DNA of 64,000 bases. Origin: Candidatus Fermentibacterota bacterium (lineage in GTDB: Bacteria > Fermentibacterota > Fermentibacteria > Fermentibacterales > JCC-6). The position numbers and the translations under genes are program-made. The notes beneath the pieces were generated by a model. It was not told the origin of the DNA, ran no database searches, and was given only the letters and a program-made list of their open reading frames with translations. The stretch is from positions 8,065-72,064 of the forward strand of contig JAUVIR010000002.1 of NCBI GenBank assembly GCA_030592645.1, in the 5' to 3' direction. Of this stretch, positions 28,606 through 37,031 are shown piece by piece (within the stretch, counting starts at the first letter, position 1; every line of letters begins with the position of its first letter).

Positions 28606-30808
28606 AGCATTTGTATTAATACCTGTAATCGCAGTGCTGCTCATCGGATGCAGGATACTTCAGCCGGATGAAAACCTCTCATGCCTGCAGAGAAGCATCC
28701 TCGCTGAAGCCAGCGGAGATTCCCTGCTTCGGGAAGGGCTGGAAGAGCAGGCCAGGGAAGCTTACATCAGGGCTGCTCTTTTAAGGTTACCAGATGACAG
28801 TCTGAGACTTGATCTTGCCTGGAAAGCTGCCGGATCTTCTGATACTCCCAGTATAATCACAGCCCAGCTGCTTCTCGAGAGACCGGATTCCCTTGCTTCT
28901 TACAGAGCAATCGAGCTTGGAGGTGCCGGGGTCGGCATGGAACTTCTTTCCAGCCTCTCCCAAAATGATTGCGTAATGCCGGAATACCTTCGGCTGGTAC
29001 TTGCCGACTCACTTATAGAGGCCGACCTGGCCGATCTTGCTTTGCGGGCACTCAGAGGAGTTCCGGGCGACCTCCCCGAACGGGCTCTGCGGAGCAGAAA
29101 CGTACTTTTCTACAGGGGATACCTGGAAACCGGTCAGCTCACTTCAGCGGATTCTCTTTTAAATGAAGCTGAACTTTCAAGCGGGGATGAACTGCTGTCG
29201 CTTCTGTATCATTACAGGGGTATCTGGATGCTGCAGAATGGTCATTCGGGATACAGAAGCATTCTTCTGCACTCCTTTGAACTATGGCCTGCCGCTCCGG
29301 TTCATGCTGATGCATTCGATGAAATAAGGATGGAATTGCTGAATGACAGAGATTTCGCCGCTTCGGTTGCTGATCCATTCTACAGTGGAGGTCTATGGAA
29401 CGAATTGTATGACATAGCCATTAATTCCGCTGATCCTGATCCTCAGCTTTGGTATCTTGCTGCTCGTACAAGGGATAGATTGGGTTTCTACGATGCAGCG
29501 GTCAGCATGCTTGATGAGTATCTTGTCAGATGGCCCGCCTCAGAGGGTGCAGCGAATGCGATGATCTATCTGGGGAGGGATCTTGGACGCTCTGGTAACT
29601 GGCAGAGGGGACTTGCGGTTCTGAAGCAGTACGGAGAGGTGTATCCGGAGCATTACAGGATAGGTAACCTCCCATGGTACATCGGTGATCTGCTGGTTGA
29701 GAACAGGCTCTGGCAGCAGGCTATCCCATGGTTCCGCATAACACTTGAACGTTACCCGAACAATGTTACTGCAGACGATGCCCATTTCTATCTCTGCTTC
29801 TCACTCCTCAAATCCGGAATGATTCCCGATGCTCTGAGCGAGCTGCAAACATTCATCTCCAGATGGTCAGGCAGTGTATACCTTTCATCCGCCAAGTACT
29901 GGCTTGGTAAACTCCTCCTGGCAGAGGGTAATCCTGCGGGCGCAGTTATACTTGAGAACCTGATCCAGTCTTTTCCCGCTAGCCTTCCGGCTTACTTTGC
30001 AAGAGAACTTCTGGGGCAACCGGCCTGGGAGCCTGAGTTCACCGAAGAACCCCTGGCTGAATGGATGGCGAGGCATGGACACGCTCCTTCCCCGCCGCCT
30101 GCAGCCGCGCTTAGAGGGTTGTTCCTTCAGGAGGCCGGTCTGAGGCATTTTGCAGATGGTGAGTTCCGGATGGCGGAAGAGATCGTCGGTGGACCCGACT
30201 ACCTTGCTCCTTTTTATCTCGAAAATGATGTATGGGAACGCAGACCGATATCGGGATACAATATGTGGAACCTCTCAGACAGTGACAGCGACAGGCCAAA
30301 GGAACTGTGGATGCTTCGCTACCAGATGGCATGGCCGGAGCTTGTTGTCCCGGCAGGTGAGAAATACGGATTGGATTCCCTCTTCGCATGGGCGATAATC
30401 AGGAACGAAAGCATGTTCCAGCCGACCTGCTACTCGGTTGCCGGTGCAAGAGGTCTTATTCAGATGATCCCGAGCACCTCTGAATATGTTGCGATTGAAC
30501 AGGGATGGAACGATTATTCTCCGGACAGGCTTTACGATCCTGCTGTTTCCATAGAATACGGGATCAGCTACATCTCGGGAGTTAACCGGGATTTAGGAGG
30601 AGACCCTGTGTTCACCGCAGCCGCATACAACGGGGGGCCGCATAACGCTGTTCACTGGGGTGCTGAGGATATGGAGCCGGACGAGTTCTTCTCGCTTATA
30701 ACTTACAATGAAACGAAAAGCTATACGCAGAATGTTCATCACGCTTATATGATCTATAAGGCGTTGTATCTGGGGCCGGGCGTCACTTCTGGTCACTTGC
30801 AAAGGTAA
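28514..30808 (+). CDS. slt: Soluble lytic transglycosylase Slt70-like (superhelical N-domain plus C-terminal SLT domain). Start uncertain.
   Basis: C-terminal SLT core (AWAIIRNESMFQP...GARGLIQMIPST, AAYNGGPHNA). Internal lipobox-like LLIGC about 40 aa into the called frame. The 3' end runs into palindromic element 30772-30833. Confidence 0.7.
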   Translation: MQKLWQYWRRQIRSLPDTLSWNRNLPNTGTRAFVLIPVIAVLLIGCRILQPDENLSCLQRSILAEASGDSLLREGLEEQAREAYIRAALLRLPDDSLRLDLAWKAAGSSDTPSIITAQLLLERPDSLASYRAIELGGAGVGMELLSSLSQNDCVMPEYLRLVLADSLIEADLADLALRALRGVPGDLPERALRSRNVLFYRGYLETGQLTSADSLLNEAELSSGDELLSLLYHYRGIWMLQNGHSGYRSILLHSFELWPAAPVHADAFDEIRMELLNDRDFAASVADPFYSGGLWNELYDIAINSADPDPQLWYLAARTRDRLGFYDAAVSMLDEYLVRWPASEGAANAMIYLGRDLGRSGNWQRGLAVLKQYGEVYPEHYRIGNLPWYIGDLLVENRLWQQAIPWFRITLERYPNNVTADDAHFYLCFSLLKSGMIPDALSELQTFISRWSGSVYLSSAKYWLGKLLLAEGNPAGAVILENLIQSFPASLPAYFARELLGQPAWEPEFTEEPLAEWMARHGHAPSPPPAAALRGLFLQEAGLRHFADGEFRMAEEIVGGPDYLAPFYLENDVWERRPISGYNMWNLSDSDSDRPKELWMLRYQMAWPELVVPAGEKYGLDSLFAWAIIRNESMFQPTCYSVAGARGLIQMIPSTSEYVAIEQGWNDYSPDRLYDPAVSIEYGISYISGVNRDLGGDPVFTAAAYNGGPHNAVHWGAEDMEPDEFFSLITYNETKSYTQNVHHAYMIYKALYLGPGVTSGHLQR

Positions 30809-30833
30809 GTGACCAGAAGTGACGCCCGGCCCC
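30772..30833. repeat. Palindromic element, copy 1: 27-bp perfect inverted repeat with 8-nt loop (GGGGCCGGGCGTCACTTCTGGTCACTT ... AAGTGACCAGAAGTGACGCCCGGCCCC)
   Basis: Read directly: arms 30772-30798 and 30807-30833 are exact reverse complements. Sits between the convergent slt-like and TolB-like genes. The slt stop codon lies in its loop/arm. Confidence 0.85.
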
Positions 30834-30838
30834 GAAGA

Positions 30839-31852
30839 TTAGATAAATTCTTCGGTAGTGAACACTCTCAGTACTTCACCATCCTGCACCAGCTCTATCC
30901 AGGCCAGGTATTTGCCATCCGGTGACAGGACAGGCTGAGTTGCCCATTCCCCCTGCCGGGATGCCTGAGTGAGATAATCGGATTCCCTGTTCATTATCCA
31001 TACCGTTGTTGGATCTTCCCATGAACGTCCGAAGTCCGCTACCGGGAAAGGATCTTTCCTGCAGAATGCCAGTAACTGTCCATCCAGAACAGCGGAAACC
31101 TGGCTTGCGTTATCCATGAATACTTTGTCGATGCCAGATTCAATGTTGAGAAATCTCAATTCCCAATCTCCCCATCCGCCTATCTGGAACAGAAGCACCC
31201 TGTCGGTTATCCACACAGGGTTGGATTCATGCCAGTCCCACCTGTAGAAAGTCGTATCGGCTCTGGCCCTTCTTCCCGAAGGCGCGGAGGCACCGATGAT
31301 ATACAGCTCCTCATACCAGGTTGGATTCATTGCAAAATTCATGCATGCGATATTAGTTCCATCAGGTGATATCACAGGAGCGTTGACCCTGGCTTCCGAA
31401 TACTCTGGGAGGAGAAGGAAGACATCATCAGAAAACAGACCTGTCACGAAAATATCACTGCCAAGGAACCGGGTAGTAAAACAGAGGACCGGATCACGGT
31501 AATGTCCCCGTGGATCGAATGTGCAGGCAACTGCTTCACCGATATGTAAAGGCTGCCTGCAGGTCTGAGGGTCGTCCGCCTGGAAGTAGCGCACAGTTCC
31601 GTCAAGAACGAAAGCGACCCAGGAGCCGTCGGGGGTAAACGCGGGAGAGGCCGCGTTGCCTTCTATAACGGTTATCTGCCCTTTCTCACGTGTCCATATA
31701 ACAAGCCTGTCATCAAGGGCTGCCACAAGCATATCTCCGGTCGGTGACCAGGCGAGATCGGGAGGGTAGTCGTCGTACCCGTTCCCGAACACATCCGGCA
31801 GAACGGTGAGGGTGGTCATAACAGCAACAATACACAGCATGCCTCTTATCAT
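30839..31852 (-). CDS. Periplasmic WD40-like beta-propeller (TolB-like PD40 repeat) protein
   Basis: Signal peptide (MIRGMLCIVAVMTTLTVLP) and repeated SPDG/TPDG PD40 motifs (AFTPDGSWVAF, VISPDGTNIAC, VLSPDGKYLAW). Start placed at MIRGM because the longer ORF N-terminus is encoded by palindromic element 2. Confidence 0.6.
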   Translation of the reverse strand: MIRGMLCIVAVMTTLTVLPDVFGNGYDDYPPDLAWSPTGDMLVAALDDRLVIWTREKGQITVIEGNAASPAFTPDGSWVAFVLDGTVRYFQADDPQTCRQPLHIGEAVACTFDPRGHYRDPVLCFTTRFLGSDIFVTGLFSDDVFLLLPEYSEARVNAPVISPDGTNIACMNFAMNPTWYEELYIIGASAPSGRRARADTTFYRWDWHESNPVWITDRVLLFQIGGWGDWELRFLNIESGIDKVFMDNASQVSAVLDGQLLAFCRKDPFPVADFGRSWEDPTTVWIMNRESDYLTQASRQGEWATQPVLSPDGKYLAWIELVQDGEVLRVFTTEEFI

Positions 31853-31882
31853 CAGCGTTCCTCTCTTCGGGGCAGTCTCTTC

Positions 31883-31943
31883 GGGGCCGGACGTCACTTG
31901 CGACACTTACGAAACGCAAGTGTCGCAAGTGACGTCCGGCCCC
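31883..31943. repeat. Palindromic element, copy 2: 26-bp perfect inverted repeat with 9-nt loop (GGGGCCGGACGTCACTTGCGACACTT ... AAGTGTCGCAAGTGACGTCCGGCCCC)
   Basis: Arms 31883-31908 and 31918-31943 are exact reverse complements. Shares GGGGCCGG(G/A)CGTCACTT with copy 1. Preceded by an 11-bp direct repeat TCTCTTCGGGG x2 (31862-31886). Confidence 0.85.
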
Positions 31944-31953
31944 ATCTATATAG

Positions 31954-32602
31954 GTGGAGATTCATATGCTGTCAACGGTTGACAAATTATGTAAACAATT
32001 GATAATATGGGAGTTACAGAAGTGTCAATTTAAGGCGGGAGATTATATGAGAAGAGAAACCCTGGAATACCTTGTATGCCCTGAATGCAAATCAGAACTG
32101 GAAGCAGAAATTGTCAGTAGCTGGAAAGGTGATATCCGATCAGGTCTTCCTCAATACAGGATTGGAGCAGACACTGTCTGTTGAACGGGATCTGAAATGT
32201 CTCGGGAATATTCAGTACCGTTTCAGGTATGCGGGCCGAAGCCGAACTTCTGAAGCGGTTGGCGGTGATGTTAAACGGCTTCCGATAAAAACAGAGTGTA
32301 TTGATACCGTCATGATGCTCAATGCCCTTTCTGAAATTAACGGCATTTCAGTTATGCTGAAAGAAGCGTATCGTGCACTAAAGGAGGGAGGGCATTTCAT
32401 CATAAAGGTTTCAGAGCTTCCGTTTACCGGAGATTTGATTTCTCTGTCTGAGTTTGTACGGTTTGCCGAGGGAATTGATCAATACTCCGGATATGAGAGA
32501 TTTCAATCGGATGCGGAAGAAAGAGGTTTTATCATTCTCAAGTCAGAAAGATTAGTGGAGAAAACCGGGAAGTATTCCCGGCTGATCTCATTCAGAAAGT
32601 GA
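31954..32602 (+). pseudogene. Probable degraded SAM-dependent methyltransferase: Trm112-like zinc-ribbon fragment (31954-32184) plus out-of-frame methyltransferase C-terminal fragment (32072-32602)
   Basis: Frame-1 ORF carries the LEYLVCPECKSELE zinc ribbon. Overlapping frame-2 ORF carries post-motif-I methyltransferase segments (DTVMMLNALSEI, LKEGGHFII) but no GxGxG motif I. The two halves are in different frames. Confidence 0.35.
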
Positions 32603-32711
32603 CACCTGATTCTCAACTAAATCCGCTTAATTTGGTATGAATTTGCTACACGAAGAGTATGTGTGTCTCAAAACAAGCTGTAAAAGTGCTTCTCAATTCC
32701 TATTGTTCTTT

Positions 32712-32741
32712 TTGTAACTAGTTATTTGATAATAGTATAAT
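32712..32741 (+). promoter_or_regulatory. Putative sigma-70-type promoter (TTGTAA-N18-TATAAT) in the AT-rich leader of the hydrogenase operon
   Basis: Hexamers read directly at 32712-32717 and 32736-32741. About 80 nt upstream of the first operon gene. Confidence 0.25.
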
Positions 32742-32818
32742 TATAGTTGTCAGAATGAATGAATTTTGTTCTTTTAAACCCCTTGACAAACGCGTTTCAC
32801 CTCTCTATTTCATTGCCT

Positions 32819-33838
32819 ATGCTTTTCATAAAACGGAGCAATTTCGATCAGCTTCTGAAGTCCCTTACCGGGGATTACAAAGTGTACGTTCCTCGCAGTA
32901 TGGGGAACACCACTGGCTATTCTCTTCTGGGCGAATCGGATACTAATTATGAGATTGGCGAGATCAGATCATTTGACCCTCTCAAATCATTCTATTTCCT
33001 GAGTCGGGAGAAGGTCGCCGAAGATTTCAAGCCGGATATCATTCGGGATGATAAACCTCCATGCATTGTAGGAGCCAAGGCATGTGACCTTAAAGGTTTC
33101 AGAGTTCTTGATTTTGTATTCATAGATGATGAATGCGGTGATCCCACTTATATGAAAGCAAGAGAAAAGGGGCTGATCATATCCGCGGACTGCACCGGAT
33201 TTGGCGAAACATGCTTCTGTACAGCGGTAGATATCGATCCCTGGCCTCAATCCGATTTTGATGTTAACCTGTCTCCAGTCGATGACGGTTTCATAGTTAC
33301 TACTGGAAGCGATAAAGGCCTCAATCTTATTGAAAGTAATAAGAGCCTTTTCATTGAAGCAACCGATACTCAGATTGAGTTTATTCAGCAGAATAGAAGC
33401 ACTGTAAAATCCAGTGTAATGAAAAGCGCCAAGGCGCTTCGAATCCCGGTCGCCGACAGACTCAGAAGAGTTATTAAAAAACAGTACGATTCCAATATCT
33501 GGAAAGATGCTTCTGAAGACTGTGTGGAATGCGGAGCCTGCAATACCATATGTCCAACCTGTCACTGCTTCCTGCTGTACGATCAGAAATCCGACGGCAG
33601 GCTTGCAAGGTTCAGAATATGGGATTCATGTATGCTACACGATTTTGCGAGAGTGGCCGGCGGAGATAATCCGCGGGACAGATTATGGATGAGGCTCAGA
33701 AACAGATTCGATAAGAAATTCAATTATTTCCCTGAAGTCCTGAAAGAGATCGGCTGTACCGGTTGCGGCAGATGCATAGCCGCCTGTCCAGGCAAAATAG
33801 ACATTAGAGAAGTTCTGGCAAGGCTGGAAGTAACATGA
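32819..33838 (+). CDS. Iron-sulfur subunit related to anaerobic sulfite reductase AsrA / sulfhydrogenase HydB (2 x [4Fe-4S])
   Basis: CVECGACNTICPTCHC and CTGCGRCIAACPG ferredoxin-type motifs. N-terminus (MLFIKRSNFDQLLKSL...YKVYVP) matches the AsrA family start. The ORF-track start at 32759 is likely too long. Confidence 0.65.
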   Translation: MLFIKRSNFDQLLKSLTGDYKVYVPRSMGNTTGYSLLGESDTNYEIGEIRSFDPLKSFYFLSREKVAEDFKPDIIRDDKPPCIVGAKACDLKGFRVLDFVFIDDECGDPTYMKAREKGLIISADCTGFGETCFCTAVDIDPWPQSDFDVNLSPVDDGFIVTTGSDKGLNLIESNKSLFIEATDTQIEFIQQNRSTVKSSVMKSAKALRIPVADRLRRVIKKQYDSNIWKDASEDCVECGACNTICPTCHCFLLYDQKSDGRLARFRIWDSCMLHDFARVAGGDNPRDRLWMRLRNRFDKKFNYFPEVLKEIGCTGCGRCIAACPGKIDIREVLARLEVT

Positions 33839-34650
33839 AGAATCCATACAGTTCAATTGAGGCAGAGGTACTTAAGGTAACAACCGAAACACCTTCAATA
33901 AAAACATTCCTTCTGAAACCAAAGGAAGAACTCACTTTCAAACCCGGGCAGTTCATGGAATTCTCGGTTCCCGGATCAGGTGAAGCTCCCTTTACACCAT
34001 CATCAGACTCACAGATCAAGGACACGATGGAAATAACCATCGTGAAAGTTGGGAAAGTTACCGATGCCATACACGAATTGAAACCCGGTGATACAGTCGG
34101 TCTGAGAGGACCATTGGGCAAGGGATATCCACTCACAAAATTCATAGGCCAGGATATACTGGTTATCGGTGGCGGTGTGGGGCTTGCCCCTGTCAGGACC
34201 CTTATGTACGGTCTTTTCCACATGAGAGATCAGCTTTCAGGGCTTGTCTACAGAGGCGGATGCAGAAATCCGGAAGAGTTTCTCTACCGCAAGGAGCTTG
34301 AGGAGTGGATGAAACGGGACGATATAGACATGAAACTTACCGTTGATCAGGGAGACGATTCATGGGACGGCCCTGTAGGAGTGGTTACGACTATCATGGA
34401 TGATATCGATGTTAATTTTGAAAGGGCAAAAGCTATCGTATGCGGCCCGCCAATCATGATGAAGTTTGCAACATTCAAACTGCAGGAACTCGGGGTTAAG
34501 GACAGAAATATTTATCTCTCCATGGAGAAGAATATGTCCTGCGGTTTCGGCAAGTGCGGACATTGCAGAATTGGCCCTTATTACTGCTGCAAGGATGGCC
34601 CTGTCTTTACTTACGATATGATCCGGGAATACCCCGGAATCTGGGAGTAG
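33835..34650 (+). CDS. FAD/NAD(P)-binding [2Fe-2S] subunit related to AsrB / sulfhydrogenase HydG / PyrK family
   Basis: FNR-like flavin and NAD(P) binding segments plus C-terminal CGFGKCGHC..G..YC 2Fe-2S motif. ATGA overlap with the upstream gene. Confidence 0.7.
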   Translation: MKNPYSSIEAEVLKVTTETPSIKTFLLKPKEELTFKPGQFMEFSVPGSGEAPFTPSSDSQIKDTMEITIVKVGKVTDAIHELKPGDTVGLRGPLGKGYPLTKFIGQDILVIGGGVGLAPVRTLMYGLFHMRDQLSGLVYRGGCRNPEEFLYRKELEEWMKRDDIDMKLTVDQGDDSWDGPVGVVTTIMDDIDVNFERAKAIVCGPPIMMKFATFKLQELGVKDRNIYLSMEKNMSCGFGKCGHCRIGPYYCCKDGPVFTYDMIREYPGIWE

Positions 34651-34657
34651 GATACCG

Positions 34658-35203
34658 ATGGAGATGAACAAAACAACATTTGATCAGCTTCACGGTAGAA
34701 TCGATGCTGTTGAGAAGAAAAAAGGCGGAAAGAAGCTTTTTATTGATCTGGATATCTGCAATTCCGATCAATGCGAGAAATGCGTTATAGAATGCAGCTA
34801 TTTCTATCATCATATCAACAACGGAATTATTTCTCTCATTGAACTTGCAACCTATGCCCTTATCTGTAGACAGTGCGAAGAACCGCATTGTGTAAACGCC
34901 TGCCCCAGAGACGCTCTTGAGAAGATAGAAGGCGGCGATATGCTCGTAAGGTATACTGCTCTTTGCGTTAACTGCCGTTCCTGCTCACATGCCTGTCCAT
35001 ACGGAACCATATATCCTGAAATCGTACCGTATCTTGCCAATATCTGTGATTATTGTGAAGACAGAGGGAATTATACCTGCATTCCAACCTGTCCATACGG
35101 TGCCCTGTCATCGGTCAAAGGAAAAGTTGAGGGAGAGAACGTATTCGAACTTGGTAATCGTCTTGTAGTACACTCCACTCACTGGGACAGGAGCAACGCA
35201 TGA
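34658..35203 (+). CDS. Multi-cluster 4Fe-4S ferredoxin (HycB/HyfA-like electron-transfer subunit)
   Basis: Four Cys clusters (CEKCVIEC, CRQCEEPHCVNACP, CVNCRSCSHACPYG, CDYCED...CIPTCPYG). Confidence 0.65.
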   Translation: MEMNKTTFDQLHGRIDAVEKKKGGKKLFIDLDICNSDQCEKCVIECSYFYHHINNGIISLIELATYALICRQCEEPHCVNACPRDALEKIEGGDMLVRYTALCVNCRSCSHACPYGTIYPEIVPYLANICDYCEDRGNYTCIPTCPYGALSSVKGKVEGENVFELGNRLVVHSTHWDRSNA

Positions 35204-36114
35204 CGTTCGTCTACCTGCTTGTGTTCGGTTTTGCAGCTACAGCAGTGCTGGGTCTGATCACCAGCTGGATAGACAGAAAAGTTACAGCAAGGGTTCAGTA
35301 TAGAGTAGGTCCTCCTTTCCTTCAGCCTTTCATCGATATAGTGAAACTTCTGGGCAAAGAAACCGTCATACCGGAAGGGGCTTCAAAGGTAACTTTCCTT
35401 ATTGCCCCGGTTATCGGGATCTCCGGTGTAATTGCAGTTGCAACACTGTTCTGGGTCAACCAGTTCTTTTCCGAGGGTTTTGTGGGAGACTGGATTGTTG
35501 CGATCTACCTCCTTGCAATTCCCTCACTCAGCATTATTCTCGGCGGATTTGCTTCAAGAAATCCTTTAGCCAGCCTTGGATCCTCCAGGGAGATGAAGCT
35601 TGTTATTGCTTACGAGCTTCCCTTCATTCTTGCGGCTCTTGTCCCGGTAATCGCTGCTGGCGGTTCCATTCGCTTGAGCGATATCATCAATGCGCAGGCA
35701 GGGGGAGTTTTTGCCGGCAACATTTCCGGAATACTGGCACTGATAGTTGCCATTATGTGCGTTCAGGCAAAGCTTGCGCTGGTTCCTTTTGATATCCCCG
35801 AAGCTGAAACGGAAATTGTCGGCGGTGCGCTTTTAGAATACTCCGGTCCGGGACTTGCCATATTCAGACTCATGAAGAACATGCTTTTCTTCACCCTGCC
35901 GTTCTTCCTGATAATACTTTTCTTCGGCGGGCTGCGATTGAACGGGATAAACATCCTCTGGACGATCCTTGAATACGTGGGAATTGTAGCGATAATAACA
36001 GTCATCCGTAATACCAACCCCAGGGTACGGATAGATCAGGCTGTCAGGTTTTTCTGGGGTCCAATGACATTGCTCGCTGTTGCTGCTGTTGTACTGGCAT
36101 TAAAAGGTTTATAG
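35200..36114 (+). CDS. Membrane subunit of group-4 [NiFe] hydrogenase, NuoH/HycD/MbhM family
   Basis: N-terminal R.Q.RVGPPFLQPFIDIVKLLGKE signature of complex I subunit 1 homologues. About 8 transmembrane helices. Confidence 0.8.
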   Translation: MTFVYLLVFGFAATAVLGLITSWIDRKVTARVQYRVGPPFLQPFIDIVKLLGKETVIPEGASKVTFLIAPVIGISGVIAVATLFWVNQFFSEGFVGDWIVAIYLLAIPSLSIILGGFASRNPLASLGSSREMKLVIAYELPFILAALVPVIAAGGSIRLSDIINAQAGGVFAGNISGILALIVAIMCVQAKLALVPFDIPEAETEIVGGALLEYSGPGLAIFRLMKNMLFFTLPFFLIILFFGGLRLNGINILWTILEYVGIVAIITVIRNTNPRVRIDQAVRFFWGPMTLLAVAAVVLALKGL

Positions 36115-36135
36115 AAGGGTAAGGCTACAACTGTA

Positions 36136-36558
36136 ATGAGCCTGAAATTGAAAGCACTCTTGAAATCGCCGTGGGTTTTTCATCTGTCCACCGGCAGCTG
36201 CAATAACTGTGATATAGAAATACTGGATTGTCTTACCCCCAGGTTCGATATCGAACGTTTCGGTATGCTGCTGATCGGAAGCATAAAGCATGCTGATGTC
36301 CTGCTTGTTACAGGCTCCTGTAACAGAATGTCCGTAGAGAGGCTGAAAGTCCTTTACGAGCAGGTTCCGAAGCCGTGCCTGGTTGTTGCCATCGGAACGT
36401 GTGCCGGATCCAGGGGAATTTTCAAGGACAGTTACAACTGCCCGGTACCGCTTGATAAGATAATACCTGTCGATGTTTACATACCCGGCTGCCCACCAAA
36501 ACCCGAAGCGATGATCGCAGGTGTGGTAAAACTGATTGAGAAAGTTGGCGGCGCCTAA
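36136..36558 (+). CDS. [NiFe] hydrogenase small subunit, NuoB/HycG/MbhJ family
   Basis: Conserved Cys pattern (GSCNNCDIE, GTCAGS, IPGCPPKPE) ligating the proximal 4Fe-4S cluster. Confidence 0.85.
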   Translation: MSLKLKALLKSPWVFHLSTGSCNNCDIEILDCLTPRFDIERFGMLLIGSIKHADVLLVTGSCNRMSVERLKVLYEQVPKPCLVVAIGTCAGSRGIFKDSYNCPVPLDKIIPVDVYIPGCPPKPEAMIAGVVKLIEKVGGA

Positions 36559-37031
36559 TGATAAGAGAAGAAATACTTCTGGATTTCACCAGCCGTTTTC
36601 ATGCGGATATTCTTGATCTGGAGGACAAGTCCAATACCCGGGTATATGTGGAAATCACCCCGGAATCCCTAGTGAGAATTGGAACTTATCTGTTCAGAAA
36701 TATCGGCGCCAGGTTCAATATCGCCACAGCCACTGACCTACCCCCGAAAATCGAGATACTCTACCATTTCCTTGTAGAGGATATCAATCTGCTTATCTCA
36801 CTTAGGGTTTTCCTTGACGGAGAAAAACCTGAGATCGAATCCCTTGCGAAAGAAATAGAGGCTTTCAACTGGATAGAGAGAGAGATGAGCGAACTTCTTG
36901 GTATTACCTTCATCGGACATCCCGATCCCCGGAGGCTTCTCCTGGCCGACAACTGGCCCGAAGGAGTCTGCCCCCTGAGGCAGGATTATGAGGAGTGGGA
37001 TGAAACAGTCGACAGGACGAGAGGTGTATAA
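36558..37031 (+). CDS. NuoC / 30-kDa subunit homologue (MbhK-like)
   Basis: Complex I 30-kDa family fold. Position between the small and large subunit genes. Confidence 0.7.
   Translation: MIREEILLDFTSRFHADILDLEDKSNTRVYVEITPESLVRIGTYLFRNIGARFNIATATDLPPKIEILYHFLVEDINLLISLRVFLDGEKPEIESLAKEIEAFNWIEREMSELLGITFIGHPDPRRLLLADNWPEGVCPLRQDYEEWDETVDRTRGV

Noticed and set aside
28514-28650. Alternative downstream start for the slt-like gene, prompted by the internal lipobox-like LLIGC about 40 codons into the ORF and its 92-bp overlap with the upstream gene
   Set aside because: No ATG/GTG/TTG codon occurs in frame between the upstream stop and the hydrophobic segment. The start at 28514 is kept, with low certainty.
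32781-32811. TTGACA-N17-TATTTC promoter-like sequence immediately upstream of the AsrA-like start
   Set aside because: It would give an essentially leaderless transcript and has a poor -10. The better-spaced TTGTAA-N18-TATAAT at 32712-32741 is preferred, itself with low confidence.
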